Part shown: positions 12,613 through 26,325 of the stretch, piece after piece
How positions within the stretch are numbered: position 1 is the stretch's first letter
Layout: each line of letters begins with the position of its first letter
From: Octopus bimaculoides
Lineage: Eukaryota
Direction of reading: 5' to 3'
Assembly (NCBI RefSeq): GCF_001194135.2
Contig: NC_068995.1
Coordinates: 36,770,466-36,834,465 of the forward strand
DNA length: 64,000 nt
Translations under genes and position numbers: made by a program
Notes under the pieces: model-generated
Told to the model about the DNA's origin: nothing
The model's input: only the letters and a program-made list of their open reading frames with translations
The model's database searches: none

Positions 12613-14747
12613 ACTCCTGGACAATGGTGGGTGCGATTGGTGATACACACAGACAAACACACAATAGCTGAAATCATTTTATGTCAGTTCTGTTTTTTTT
12701 TCCACCTCTCTGCTTGACAATGTTGTTCCAGTAGAATGATTATCCAATTGTAGAGGACCCTCCTTCATCTGAATACATTCAAGTGAAAAAAACTCAATTT
12801 TCGCTGTTTGTGTTGTCATGTTTTCTATCAAGTAAAATCTCACATTAAATAATGCAGTATTAGACATTCCTATATGATCAGGATGGTTACAGATAGCATA
12901 TGTTGTATCAAAACTTTGTTCAACCAGCCTCAACCTAGGGCTAAAAAGCAATAACATGTACATGTCAACAGAAGGACATGCGCTTTTAAGGAATTTAACC
13001 ATTGAGTAATTGATGTGCTATGCGCACGCGACACGTGTTTGTTTTACTAACAATGTGTGTACGTATATAGCTACCTGTATATGTTAAATTTATTACAGTC
13101 ATAAAAAATTTCCCTTTCGATATTGTGGGATAACCTACGTACTCACCTACTTTAAATCAACCTATTCCTTTTTATATTTAACCACTTATCTATCAATCAA
13201 CCAATCTTTTCTCTTTTAATATATTTATTCCTCCATGTTTAGTACAGTTCGAAACATTGATTACTTCATCTTTCAAAGTGTTGTTATTCCTCTTTACGAA
13301 TATGAATTTTTGTAGAAAATTAATGTTAAATAAAAAAAAAAAAACCCGTCTAAATTACAAATGCTAACCATCCTTCAAATAATTCTTCTTCGACGAACAA
13401 AACAAGCCCCCACCCCCATACATAAATATAATAAATACAGAGGCATCTCATTTGACATTGGCTTTGGTTATATTTTGATAAGCTTCCCAGTTAAAACCGC
13501 TAATGTCTTCGAGAAAACATGAACGCCACAGAATCCAGTTTCGATCTTTTTAAACGAGGCCTTGTGCCTCTATAAGAAATATTTTTTCTCTGACTCAATC
13601 ATACCGTTTCCTTTTGGAGGTCAGAACTGATCTTCAGTTTATAGCTACCTTCACCTTAGTTCTTCAGAATTCTAAATCCCAATAAAACAAAAAATAGGTA
13701 GGAATTTATACGACGGCATAACTTACTCTTTCGATTCTACTTTTAAAATGCAAGTTGTGCTGCCGAATAGCTTTGTTGTTTAAGAAAATAAAAGCAATTC
13801 CTTTTGATTAAACGCAAGACCAATTCTATAATAGAGGAGGGGTAAAATCGATCGAAACCGTTTATTACTGGTACTTATTTTATCGATGAAGAAAGTTTTT
13901 TTTTTTTCTCTTTTCTTAGTCAAAACGACTAACCTTCTTGGTTGATATTAACCCCACCTTCTTTTCCCCTATATTCGACCCTTTTACTAATTTACCCTAA
14001 CGATTTTCCTACAACATATGATACGAGAAAATAGATTTGTATACAACACAATTTATTGCATAACATTAAACGACTTATAACAATTTAACAATTAGCATCC
14101 TTAAAATCAACATCAAATGAAAATCTTACAAAACAATGACAAAGAATTTTTACAAGCCAAAACTATTTCCTCACTCAAATCGTCGAATTTCCTCTTTGAA
14201 TCTTGAAATTTCTCCTCGGGGATAAATTATCCCAGAGAATTGCAGAACTCGAGCTTTTGCAACTGAGCGTCGATGAGTTGGATGTTGGAGAAAACGAAAA
14301 TAAAATTCATCAAAGGGTGATCAAACGATGTTAGAGATAGACAAAACCAGTGCTAGTAGCAAACAAACAACATCAACCATCTGTGCCTGTCTATATTTGT
14401 GCTAATGGGTTTGTTTTGAATTTGCATAATTCTCTCTTTTTACTTTAAGGATTCATAGACAGAAAATTCCAGCTAACGTTAAAATGGATCCTGTGGTATT
14501 TATTTAGAAGATAAAGTGTTGTTGCCAGTGTACAACACGTTATTTTCACTACTGAATTCCACCAACTTTATATCAACATCAGTCGCGCAGGAACAATTAT
14601 TTATGAGTCAGCGGAAGGTAGTAACTTTTCACATCCTCTTTGGCTATGATTTCTTCATGTTTTGGGAGGTGGGACGAGTGTATAGCGTTAAACACCTCTA
14701 ATACATACAGTAGCAATCCTAGAAATCATGCTTATTATTATGCATAT

Positions 14748-14877
14748 GATAGATAGATAGATAGATGGATAGATGGATGGATGGATGGATGGATAGATAG
14801 ATAGATAGATGGATAGTTAGATAGATGGATGGATAGATGGATGGATAGATAGATAGAGAGATAGATAGATAGATAGA
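14748..14877. repeat. (GATA)n/(GATG)n compound microsatellite
   Basis: Direct inspection. Confidence 0.95.
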
Positions 14878-16787
14878 GTGGTATCGAACGCAAAATTATG
14901 ATGAAGTCAGGTGTGTGAATGTGAGCAAGAATGGGTTATTTTCAATGTTGTTGTTTACTCCCGGCAACCCCGACAGAACAAGTCTATGTACAATCAAAGG
15001 CATTCTATCAATGTCCATCCTCCACCGCCCCTTTTTTTATATATATATATAAGGCATTGTTTACTCCTGACTACATTTTTTTTTATACAGTAAGTATTGA
15101 GTTATTTAAATGAGATTTGACAGCTATATCTAGCAGGTCGAACATCACGTAGAGGTTTACTTATTGTAATATTTGGAGCTTAGTCATAAAACAAGAAAAC
15201 GAAAACAAAACTTACAACCTACCAACTCCAAAATTTAAAACATTAAACGAAATAAAGCTGTATTTTTTTGTTGTATGTAGTTGCAACTGTTACAACAGTT
15301 ATTGTAGAGAAAATCGATGAGAAATCGATTAAGTAATAAAAAAAAAGTAAATAAACTACGTTTTGTGAAAATCTTTAGATGAGTTTCATGTAAAGATTAG
15401 TAAATAAAAATAAATAGTCTTTGTGTTTTTACTCTTTCTTAACAAGTTAGTTGATTCGAGTTTAGCTTAGAAATTCATGTTTAATTCATTAATTATTAAC
15501 ATCTCTCCCTCCAACGAAACAGATCAGAGATGTAGTTTAGCATAAACAAAAACTACTCAATCAATAATTCTGTTTGTGTTTCGTGCGTGAGTGTAAGGAA
15601 ATTTGTGATATATACTAAGAGGTGTATATGTGTTTATGCTTTTTTTTTTTTTTTTCAGATTTTTTCAATATGTAAATGTTTAATCACTGAAAATGATGAA
15701 GCCCAACCCTGCATGAAAAGAATAAAATTCATAAATTAAAAACGCCACAGAAAGAGTAAAAAAGCAAAGAGTTCTCACCTTAGCTTTGATCGGCATCTCG
15801 TTAGGTGTGGAATAACATTTCCTCGGAGTAAGCAAGGCCGTCGAGAAAGTCAGTAGTCGCNNNNNNNNNNNNNNNNNNNNNNNNNNNNNNNNNNNNNNNN
15901 NNNNNNNNNNNNNNNNNNNNNNNNNNNNNNNNNNNNNNNNNNNNNNNNNNNNNNNNNNNNNNNNNNNNNNNNNNNNNNNNNNNNNNNNNNNNNNNNNNNN
16001 NNNNNNNNNNNNNNNNNNNNNNNNNNNNNNNNNNNNNNNNNNNNNNNNNNNNNNNNNNNNNNNNNNNNNNNNNNNNNNNNNNNNNNNNNNNNNNNNNNNN
16101 NNNNNNNNNNNNNNNNNNNNNNNNNNNNNNNNNNNNNNNNNNNNNNNNNNNNNNNNNNNNNNNNNNNNNNNNNNNNNNNNNNNNNNNNNNNNNNNNNNNN
16201 NNNNNNNNNNNNNNNNNNNNNNNNNNNNNNNNNNNNNNNNNNNNNNNNNNNNNNNNNNNNNNNNNNNNNNNNNNNNNNNNNNNNNNNNNNNNNNNNNNNN
16301 NNNNNNNNNNNNNNNNNNNNNNNNNNNNNNNNNNNNNNNNNNNNNNNNNNNNNNNNNNNNNNNNNNNNNNNNNNNNNNNNNNNNNNNNNNNNNNNNNNNN
16401 NNNNNNNNNNNNNNNNNNNNNNNNNNNNNNNNNNNNNNNNNNNNNNNNNNNNNNNNNNNNNNNNNNNNNNNNNNNNNNNNNNNNNNNNNTTTTTTTTTTT
16501 TTTAATTTAAAAAATTATAAATTTCTCCTAAATAAATGTTCTTACAAAAAAAGGTGAATATTGTAAACAGCTGGTCACTATATAATTGATAATTGTTTTG
16601 GAAAGTTGCAGTACCTGCATTAATATATTCCAATGGATTTAGGCATAAGCTAAGCAAGCTACGGCTAAAAGTAAACAAAATCAATCTTTTCCAAGAAGCT
16701 GGCTGCATGAGACATATTCATCATCAGGTGGTCCACACTGCTAAAAATAATTCAAAGTAATTATTCATTTAGCTGAACCATTCAGGT

Positions 16788-17135
16788 AAATCCCATGGGT
16801 CACATGTTGCCTATGACTGGCTTAGAGTCTCCTAGCCTCAAAGGTCTCAAAAAAACATACACATTCTCAAGTTTTGAGAAAACTTGTGCACTACCACCAT
16901 CATCAAACTTTATTTGTATAACTTGGGGCCTCACCAGGTCTAAATATGGCAATGGGCTCCAGGAATCAAATGAAAACCTTCAAATCCCATGGATCACATG
17001 TTGCTTATGACTGGCTTAGAGTTTCCTAGGCTCAAAAGTCTCAAAAAACATACACATTCTCAAGTTTTGAGAAAACTTGTGCACCACCACCATCATCAAA
17101 CTTTATTTGTATAACTTGGGGCCTCACCAGGTCTA
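16788..17135. repeat. 194-bp tandem repeat, 1.8 units visible, running into an N gap
   Basis: aaatcccatgg.tcacatgttgc.tatgactggcttagag... starts at 16788 and again at 16982. Confidence 0.9.
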
Positions 17136-18830
17136 NNNNNNNNNNNNNNNNNNNNNNNNNNNNNNNNNNNNNNNNNNNNNNNNNNNNNNNNNNNNNNNNN
17201 NNNNNNNNNNNNNNNNNNNNNNNNNNNNNNNNNNNGTCAAGCAGCACATCACGCTGTAATTCTTGGGCTGAGAAATCAACACTTTGAATATTTAAATTAT
17301 TTTGGCAATCACAGCCAAATAAATCTGGATAAGTTTCAATCTTATGATTTCATCAGCGAAACACTTCTACAATAACGTTAAGTCAAGAATCAATAAGGTT
17401 TCCTCTGCAACCCCCAGCTTTTTAAGGTTTCCTGTCTAAAATGTTAACATGAACTTAGTTTTTATGCAGATGACGTCCCCGAGTTATTTAAATACTTAAA
17501 AACAAAGCTATAAAAAAACGTTATAAATTCCTGTTTAACTAGAGGCCAAGGCTTTCCAGCTGTGACCATCTCAACTTACTTTTAGATACGCTACATGTGA
17601 CACACACATACATCACATATACACACACACATCACATATGCACACATGCATGTGACAGGCTTCTATCAGTTTCCATCTGTCGAATCCACTCACAAGGCTT
17701 TGGCCAACCCCGGGCAATAGCAGAAGACACTTGCCCAAGGTGCCACGCAGTGGGACTGAACTCAGATCTCTGTGGTAGGGAAGCCTTGTTTCTTTCCACA
17801 ATTCTTCAACATACCATGAGACATGAAAAAAGAAAAAGAAGAAAGAAAAAAACGAACAAGAGGAAACTGTTTCTCAACTCGTGCCATTCCAACGACGTAG
17901 CATTCGTCCATTCATCCAACGTATTCACAGCCTGCAGTTTACAGAAACAGGTTTTCGACTCATAACCAGCTTTCATCACTTTCATCTACTTCCTGTTTAA
18001 ATGCAGCATCCTTTCTTCAATTCACCTGTTGTTTCATTTGGAAGGAAACACTACATCTGCTGATCTGAAGAATCCAAAGAACCCTTAATACCATGACAGC
18101 TCTATTATGGAGATGGTGGCGGCGGTGGCAGAAGGAACTTGTCCGTTAATTAGGCGCTCCAAGAAATTCACTTCCTTTGCAATTCCACCATCCCCTTGAA
18201 AAGACTGCCACGTACAAATTAACCCTTTTGATAAGATCCTAGTCCAGATTGACCCCCACCCCTTCTATTATTCAAACTTCTTGTTTTAATGTAATCTAAA
18301 TTAAAACCTCCCATCACAGTTTCATGCTAACTTCTGTTTTGAACTTCAGCTTAATAATAATAGTTTCACATTTTGGCACAAGGCCAGCATTTTCAAGAGA
18401 GTGGGGTATGTTGATTGAATTCACCCCAGTGCACAACTGGTACTTATTTTATCAACCATGAAAGGATCAAAGGCAAAGTTGACCTCAGTGGAATTTGAAC
18501 TTGGAATGTAAAGGCAGAAACAATACTGCAAAGCATTTTGCCCGATGTGCTAATGAATCTGCCAGCTTGCTACCTTGCAATAATAACAGGTTTCAAATTT
18601 TGGCACAAGGCCAGCAATTTCAGGGGAGGAGGGACACCAATTACATTGGCCCCAGTACTCAATTGGTACTTGTTTTATTAACCCCGAAAAGCTGAAAGGT
18701 AAAGTCGACCTCAGCAGAATTTGAACTGAAAATATAAAGCCAGATGAAATACCACAAGGCATTTATTATCCTAACGATCCTGCCAACAACACCACCTTAA
18801 TGATCAAAGTTATTTTACTAAATTCTTCAT

Positions 18831-19455
18831 TCATCATCATCATTTAACGTCTGCTTTCCATGCTGGCATGGGTTGGACGGTTTGATCTGGCAAAGCTTCT
18901 ACAGCTGGATGCCCTTCCTAATGCTAACCACGCCAAGACTGTAGTGGGTGTTTTTTACGTGCCACCAGCATGAAGGCCAGTCAGGCGGCACTGGCAACGA
19001 CCACACTTGAATGGAGCATTTTATGTGCCACTGGCATGGGACCAGTCAGCCGGCACAGGCATCAACCACGCTTGAATGGTGCTTTACACGTGCCACCAGC
19101 ACGAGCAACAATCACATTTGAATGGTGCTTTTCATGTGCCACTGGCATGGGACCAGTCAGGCGGCGCTAGCATCAACCATGCTCGAATGGTGCTTCTCAC
19201 ATGCCACTGGCACGGGTGCCAATCAGGTAGTACTGTCATCGGCCACAACAATGACTTCACTTGACTCAACAAGTCCTTGCAAGTGCAGGTTATTGCCCAA
19301 TGATTGAAGGGTACTCTTAAAGGGGCTGGTTATGCAACACTGGCATAGGCCATGGTTACGGTCTCACTTGGATTGCCGGGTCTTCTCAAGCACAGCATAT
19401 CTCCAAAGGTCTCAGTCATTTGTCACCACCTCCGTGAGGTCCAACGTTTGAAAAA
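18831..19455 (-). mobile_element. RTE LINE 3' end with internally tandem-repeated UTR
   Basis: Reverse strand reads LTEVVTND*DLWRYAVLEKTRQSK*, then the same UTR family and (GAT)n tail; several ~60-70 bp internal subrepeats. Confidence 0.8.
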
Positions 19456-20059
19456 ACGTATGGAAACAACAGGAACGTATTTCAACAAAAATGCAATAGC
19501 AAAAGAGTTAAGGCGATTTCCTGTTACTTTTACATCCCAAGCAGCAACTTAAAATGGTAAAATCAACTTACTAAATCAGTCATTATTTTCAAAATTTACT
19601 GTAACAAAGACAATGTATTTCAACAGATATATGGGAACAAAAGGGTTAAAAAACAAAACAAAACAAAACAAGAAGCAGCTTAATTAGTGAACAGCTACAG
19701 ACAATGTAGATAATTAGTGACCTAATTGCTGTTTTTTTCATTTCCTCCACATATCATCTACCTTATGGCAGCAACATCCGTTATTTCAAGTGCTTTGCTT
19801 TCTGAAGATTTACTGCAGGCTGCTGTTTTACATCCATCTTCTTCTGGCCAAGCAAACCTCTTGTCTGTTGTTGGAGTAAATTTACATATTTACATATTAA
19901 GAGATAAAATAGTTTCCTTGCTTAACTCTTTCATTACCATATTTCTGTTTAAATACGCTGCGTTTGTCTCCATTAATTTTGGAGGAAAGTTTTAATTTAG
20001 GTCGCTTTAACTTTTCCATACCATTCCACTTGTATCAAGCATGGAAAACTGATATTAAA

Positions 20060-20372
20060 TGATGGTGATAGTGGTGATGGTGGTGATGATGATGATGATG
20101 TTAATGACAATGAAGGTGTTAATGACGATGAAACAGTTGATGAAAATTTTAATGATAATGACCGCGATGATGATGATGACGACCGTGACGATGACTGTGA
20201 TGACAACTGTAATGATGATGATGACGGTGATGACGACGACGTTAATGACGAAGATGTTAATGACGATGAAGATGATAATAATGACCGTGTTGATGACGAT
20301 GACGACCGTGACAACGATGACTGTGATGACGACGACGCTAAATGATGATGATGATGTTAAACGATGATGACT
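20060..20372. repeat. Degenerate (GAT/GAC)n repeat with higher-order duplication
   Basis: Recurrent blocks gttaatgacgatgaa and ataatgaccg.g.tgatga.gatgacgaccgtgac. Confidence 0.85.
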
Positions 20373-21210
20373 GCGATGATTTTTGTTAAAATACACCAAC
20401 TTAGTTTCTGTTGATATTAAAAAATAATACTCAGTAAAATAACTTAGTCATTATTAAGCCGGTGCTTGGAACACAGATTAACATGGAATTCTGAAAGGAA
20501 GTTTTGTATCCTAGAGCTAGGGGTGATTTGGTATCGAGAGGGTTCACCAACAAATTTTTTTTGTTTTGAAGTAAACATCCATTTATAAAAACAGTTAATG
20601 CATAAACTTGAATTTTCATTCTGCAATTAACCGTAATCCATTGACTATTTTGTACTCAAATGACTTTTAGAGCGCCCTGTCTTCTGGGATGCTGTAAGTG
20701 TAAATCAAAACTAAGAATGACTGGTAACATTTTTGTCATGGATCACTTTTTGTTTCCTTTGCATATTGGCCAATCTTTTTTACACATAAATATCCCCCAC
20801 GTACACACCCCAGACCATTTCTATCTGTGGTGATGCTATCTAGAAGCCATCAATTGCTCAATGACCTGTAAATTATGCGACAAGCTTCCACACAGTTTCT
20901 ATCTCCTAAATTCATTCATAAGACATTGGTTGGCCAGGGGTTATGCACAATGGGATTGAACTCAATACCACATGGTTGCAAAGAGAGCTTCTTAACCATA
21001 TAGCCACAAAATAAAATAATAATAAAAACTCAGAAAAAGATTCAATGCCCTCACTTTTCAAGTATTTCCTATCGGCTGTTTTTTGTTACTATTAATAAAA
21101 CAGCAAAAAAGAAAAAAACCTCCACCAGAGAAATGTTATTTTTATTTCCTTCTACACAAATACAATTTATACAGTGTAGATAGCATTAATGAAAGCTTTT
21201 TGTCAGCAGT

Positions 21211-21255
<45 letters not shown>

Positions 21256-21282
21256 NNNNNNNNNNAGAGAGAGAGAGAGAGG

Positions 21283-21314
<32 letters not shown>

Positions 21315-22574
21315 TTGTCTGAAGAGACAGGTAGTTGGTGATACAAGAGCTTATACAGTAAACTATTAAATAATGAGAGGTTGTGTGGCATATATGCACA
21401 CACACACACACACACATATATATATAATATAGCACACACACACACACATATAATACAGCACACACACACTTCTTAACAGAAACCGATAAAGTGTTTTATT
21501 TTAACTAGACCAGTGCAGATCCAACAAAAAGGATTATGCTTACCATATACACATACACACATGCATGCACGCACACACACATACATACATATAAGCATAC
21601 AATATGCATTCACAAGGATTTGGTCAGCATGAGGCTATAAGTAGAAGACACTTGCTCAAGGTTCCACATGTGGTTGAGAAAGAAAATTCTTACCACACAG
21701 CCATGCCTGCACCTGTTAGTAGAATACTTTCTCACTACTTCTCCTTGATTTACAATCTTAGCTTTCAGGAATCAGGACCATATAATCTGAGAATGTTATC
21801 AGTGATACACTGGGGTTCTTTCTTGTAGTGTCATCATCATCATCATCATCATCATAATCATTTAACATTTTAACATATGTTGTCCATGTTAGGATGGATT
21901 GGCTGGTTTCACTGGGCTGGCATGCTGGAAGGCTGCACCATGCTCCGGTCTGACTTGGCATGGTTTTCTACAGTTGGATGCCCTTCCTAATGCCAACTAC
22001 TCTGAGAGTGTAATGGGAGCTTTTACATGCCATTTGCATGCCACTGGTATCTGCCACGACTATAATTTTGCTCGGCTTGATGGGTCTTCTTCTCAAGCAC
22101 AACATAATGCCAAAGGTCTTGGTCATTACCTCTGTGAGGCCCAACACTCAAAAGGAACTTGGCCACTTTGCCTTGGAGGTGGTGGGGAGGGAGGTTTAAG
22201 TTTCTGTTTCATGCTATAAAACTAGAGTTAAACACTAGTTCTCAACATTTCTTCAATACCTGGGAGATTTTGGATTGCATGCAATACTGATTGCATAACT
22301 AGCTGCTACATGGAAACAATTCTTTGTAGGAACTGTTCTAATTTATCTGAATAAATAATTCACCTCATCTAATGTTTCTGTCTGGTCATTGATCTGAAAT
22401 ATTCTTCATACAGCTTTTATCAACACTGTTAGCAAATATATTTTTGCTGTCATGGGACATAGTTTTGACATTAATAGCATTCTGAAACACAAGGAACTGA
22501 ATTCAATCAGCAAATGTAGTTATAGTACACGCATGCACAAACACACACACACACACACACACACACATGCACAC

Positions 22575-22620
<46 letters not shown>

Positions 22621-22659
22621 CACACACACACACAACACCCACCCCCCACACACACTGGG

Positions 22660-23543
22660 TACATTGGGTAAATTGTCACCATTTTATATTGTTAATTTCG
22701 TGCTCGCGCAGTGTTTGTTTTTGATTTTGTTGACTACACAGTATAATAAGGTCAGTTGGGCACTGTCTGTGAGAAAAACAGCACCATGATGCAATTCACT
22801 CTGCCAGAAATTTGGAAACAACATGCTGTACTCCTTGGCATTCATGCTGGAAGCTCCAATACAAACAGATGGTGAACACACAGAACAAACGTTGGCTTGC
22901 CATGTCCCCAGAACATGTACCGAGAGTGATAAAAATCAAACATCCAGTCAACATCACGGTGTTTGGAGTGATCAGTAGTAAAAGCAGCATTATGCCTCCA
23001 TTTACCTTCCCACACAACCTCAGATGCAACATGGAGGCCTACACCAAGTGCCTGAAGGAGGTAGTGCTGCCCTGAGTGAAGAGGGTGGCTACTGGAAGAC
23101 CCTATGTCTGGCAACAGGACTCTGCACCATGCCACACAAGCAGGAGAACCCAGTCGTGGCTATCAGACAATTTCTGCGATCACATCGCCCCTAACATCTG
23201 GCCACTTAACTCCCCACACAGCAACCCCTTTGATTATCATGTGTGGGATGCAGTTGAGGAAGAGACCAACAAAACCCCTTGTAACACCAAAGATGAACTG
23301 AAGGCAAGGATTATGGCAGCATTCACCAACTTAAACAAGGAGACTGTCCAGAAGAACTGCAGGAGATTCCGAAGTAGTCTGGAGGCTATGGTTGAAGCCA
23401 ATGGCCATTTTATTAGATAAATTTACTCTTTAGAATTTCAAGATATTTTTATGTAATTTTGGTAAATATATCTGTTAAAATGAGATGTCAATGTTATTTT
23501 CATTTTTGTATAATTTAGACAACAATATATTCACCTCACTCTG
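22660..23543 (+). mobile_element. Tc1/mariner superfamily, maT (DD37D) transposase relic, internally deleted
   Basis: WQQD-SAPCH...WPLNSPHSNPF-DY has exactly 37 residues between the 2nd and 3rd Asp. In-frame TGA at 23073. 3' TIR-like end cacctcactctg|TA. Confidence 0.85.
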
Positions 23544-25821
23544 TATATATAGCAGGCATGCCTGTGTGGTTAGAAAACTCACTTTGCAGTTTTGTGTTTC
23601 TGGTTCAGTTACACTGCACAGTACCTTGTGCAAGTATCTTCTACTATAGCTCCAGACTGACCAATGCCATATGAGTGAATTTGGTTGGAGGAAACTGAAG
23701 AAGCCTGATTTGTGTGTGTGTGTGTATGCATGTATGTGTTTGTGCATATGTGCATGTGTTTGTATGCAAGCATGTATATGTGTGTGTGTGTTTGTGCTGT
23801 TTGTCCTCTGACTCTGCTTGACAACCAGAGTTGGTTTGTTTATGTCCCTTGTAACTTAGCAATTATAGAAAAAGACTGATAAAATAAGTACTAGACTTAA
23901 AAAAACACAAATCCCACCCCTAAGTACTAGGGTAAATTTGTTTGACTAAAACCCTTTAAAGTGGTGCCCCAGTATGGCTGCAGCCCACTGCCTGAAACAA
24001 GTATAAGATAGAAAATAAAAGGAATTAATTATTAATTGAAAATATAGTATGAACAAGTAGTTTAATTATAAGCAAAGTAATTGTATTGGTAGTAATGTAT
24101 TAGTATAGTGACATTCAGGTACTAACCCCTCCAGGTTAGGTAACTCGCCGGAACCAATGTAACTCTTCCATGCCAGACATCCCAATCAAGGGATGAGACA
24201 TAAATGTCTGGTCTGAGTTAGATACATTGGTTTTTTTGTGAGCTGAAATATCTCATCTGTATATACCCTGTCTACAGATGATAGCAGTAGTTTACTAACT
24301 GAACTGGTTGATCTTGGCTATTGATAGTTTGTTGTCTGTTCATCTACTCAGCATCTTATGATATTCACCATTGATTCTATGAGATACATTTGCTGAACTA
24401 GTTCACATCCTTCATGTGGATACATGATATTTAACCTATGGCTGGGACCCTGTCAGGTGCTACAGCTCTGGGTCAGAGTAAACTTGGAAATGATAGTGGC
24501 TAAGAGGTGGTTCTGCACTTTTCAAAACATTGGAACTCCTGAATCAGGGTCCCACAACTGGATGCTGGTTAAAGTCACTTCCAAGTCTTTACCCTGGGTA
24601 GAGGACTAAAATGTATTGATAATATGGCAAATGGAATGAAGAATTGTCAAGATGCTCATTTCACAGTCATGAAGTGCCAGGTTTGATACCCCACTATGTA
24701 ATATCTTTATCAAGTGTCTTCTTCCAGAGCCTATGATCAATGTAAACTTTAGGAGTAAAACTGGATGGATGGAAACTATGTGGAAGCTTGTTTATGCAGA
24801 CTATTCTAGTGAGTCAAACAGCTAGCTTTGTCATGCATATTGTGTCATGTTATTTCTGTTTAAATATCACACTCAGAATACATATGCTCATAGAATACTC
24901 AACCACTTGCTCATGCAATGAGTAGGTGGATTTTTTATTATTTTCACTTTATTTACTTGTAATCATGTCCTGGTACCTAATATCAATATAGTGAAAAATA
25001 AAATACAGATGGCATATGTGTGCAGTAATCATTTAATCAAAAAATGACAGCATAGGCAGAGATTGATATCTTACCATTCTGATGATATTATGTATCAAAA
25101 AATTTTAAAAATCTATATGAAATTACGTTCAGAGTATATGTATAAGCTATATTATGAAATATAAATGGATATTGTGTTTAGACATGGATCTCTTCTCCAA
25201 GCTGTTGTATATAGATGCAAATATTAAATTACTTTGGAATCCAAATATTTCTGAATTCCACAACACTTACAATCCTAGAAATTTTGAACAAGAGATTCTC
25301 AACTGTATTGTATGAACGATAAGCAATAGTGTATTGACAGTTGGGTTATAATATAGTAAAGTACTAATAAAGCGGTTGATTTGGCAGGCATTAGTTCTTT
25401 CAGTACACAGAGTTCAAGTCCTGCTGAAGTTATACGAGCAAAACCATTGCTAAAAAGAATCATTGAAATGAGTCATTCATGATGCAATGTGAGGTCATTG
25501 TATGACTGTTGAGCCTGGCGAAAGTTTTGCACATTCTATTACATAATGTACAGCTGTGATCGCTGGCAGAAGGAACTGGTGCCACAGTATGAACTCTTTT
25601 GACATGCATTTTCAATCCTCCATCCAAGAACCATACCTTTCCACGTGTTTTACATGTTCTGTTGTGAACAATAGCCATATCACAGTTTACCATGGGTCGA
25701 TTCCATACATACATACATGCATACATACTTACGTATATAAATTAAAAGATTAACAGAATGAGATAAAAATCCAAGGCTGTAAAGATTTCAGAACATTTAT
25801 AAATAGGTCTTACAGCTGTTT

Positions 25822-26325
25822 TTGTGTGTATGTGTGTGTATGTATGTATGTATGTATGTATCTGTATATATGTATGCATGTATATCTGCATATGTGCATA
25901 CATGTATGTATGCATGTATATATGTACATGTGCATATATGTATGTATGTGTGTATGCATGTGTGCATGTATGTATGTGTATGTATGTGTGCATGTGTGTA
26001 TGTATGTATGTGTGTGTATGTATGCATGTACATATGCATGTTTATATATGTGCATGTATGTATGTGTCAGTACGTATGTGTGCTTGTATGTACGTATGCG
26101 TGTGTGTATGTGTGTGTCTGTATGTATGCATGCATGTACGCATGTGTGCGTGTATGTATGTGTGTGTATGTATGCATGTATATATGCATGTGTACATGTA
26201 TGTATGTATGTATTTGTGTGTATGTATGCATGTATATAGGCATGTGTGTATGTATGCCTGTATGTATGTATGTATGAATGTATGTATGTATATGAAGGTA
26301 TGTATGCATAAATGTATGTATGTAT
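25822..26325. repeat. Compound (TATG)/(TG)/(CATG) microsatellite, ~500 bp
   Basis: Direct inspection; source of several spurious ORFs. Confidence 0.95.

Noticed and set aside
12679-13002. 107-aa minus-strand ORF next to the CpG boundary
   Set aside because: No recognisable domain or linked exons; cannot be distinguished from a chance ORF without homology or expression data.
14171-14380. Minus-strand signal-peptide-like ORF (MVDVVCLLLALVLSISNIV) with in-frame TGA then 49 more codons: selenoprotein idea
   Set aside because: No SECIS-like element identified, no similarity to a selenoprotein family I know, and hydrophobic translations are common on T-rich strands.
14897-15075. C/D-box snoRNA candidate (ATGATGA at 14897)
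   Set aside because: No D box at a suitable distance and no terminal stem.
20001-20345. Asp-rich open frame after a tttaatttag acceptor, resembling acidic biomineral proteins
   Set aside because: GAT/GAC codons cannot become stops by one substitution and other frames are open too, so openness is uninformative; no start codon or signal peptide.
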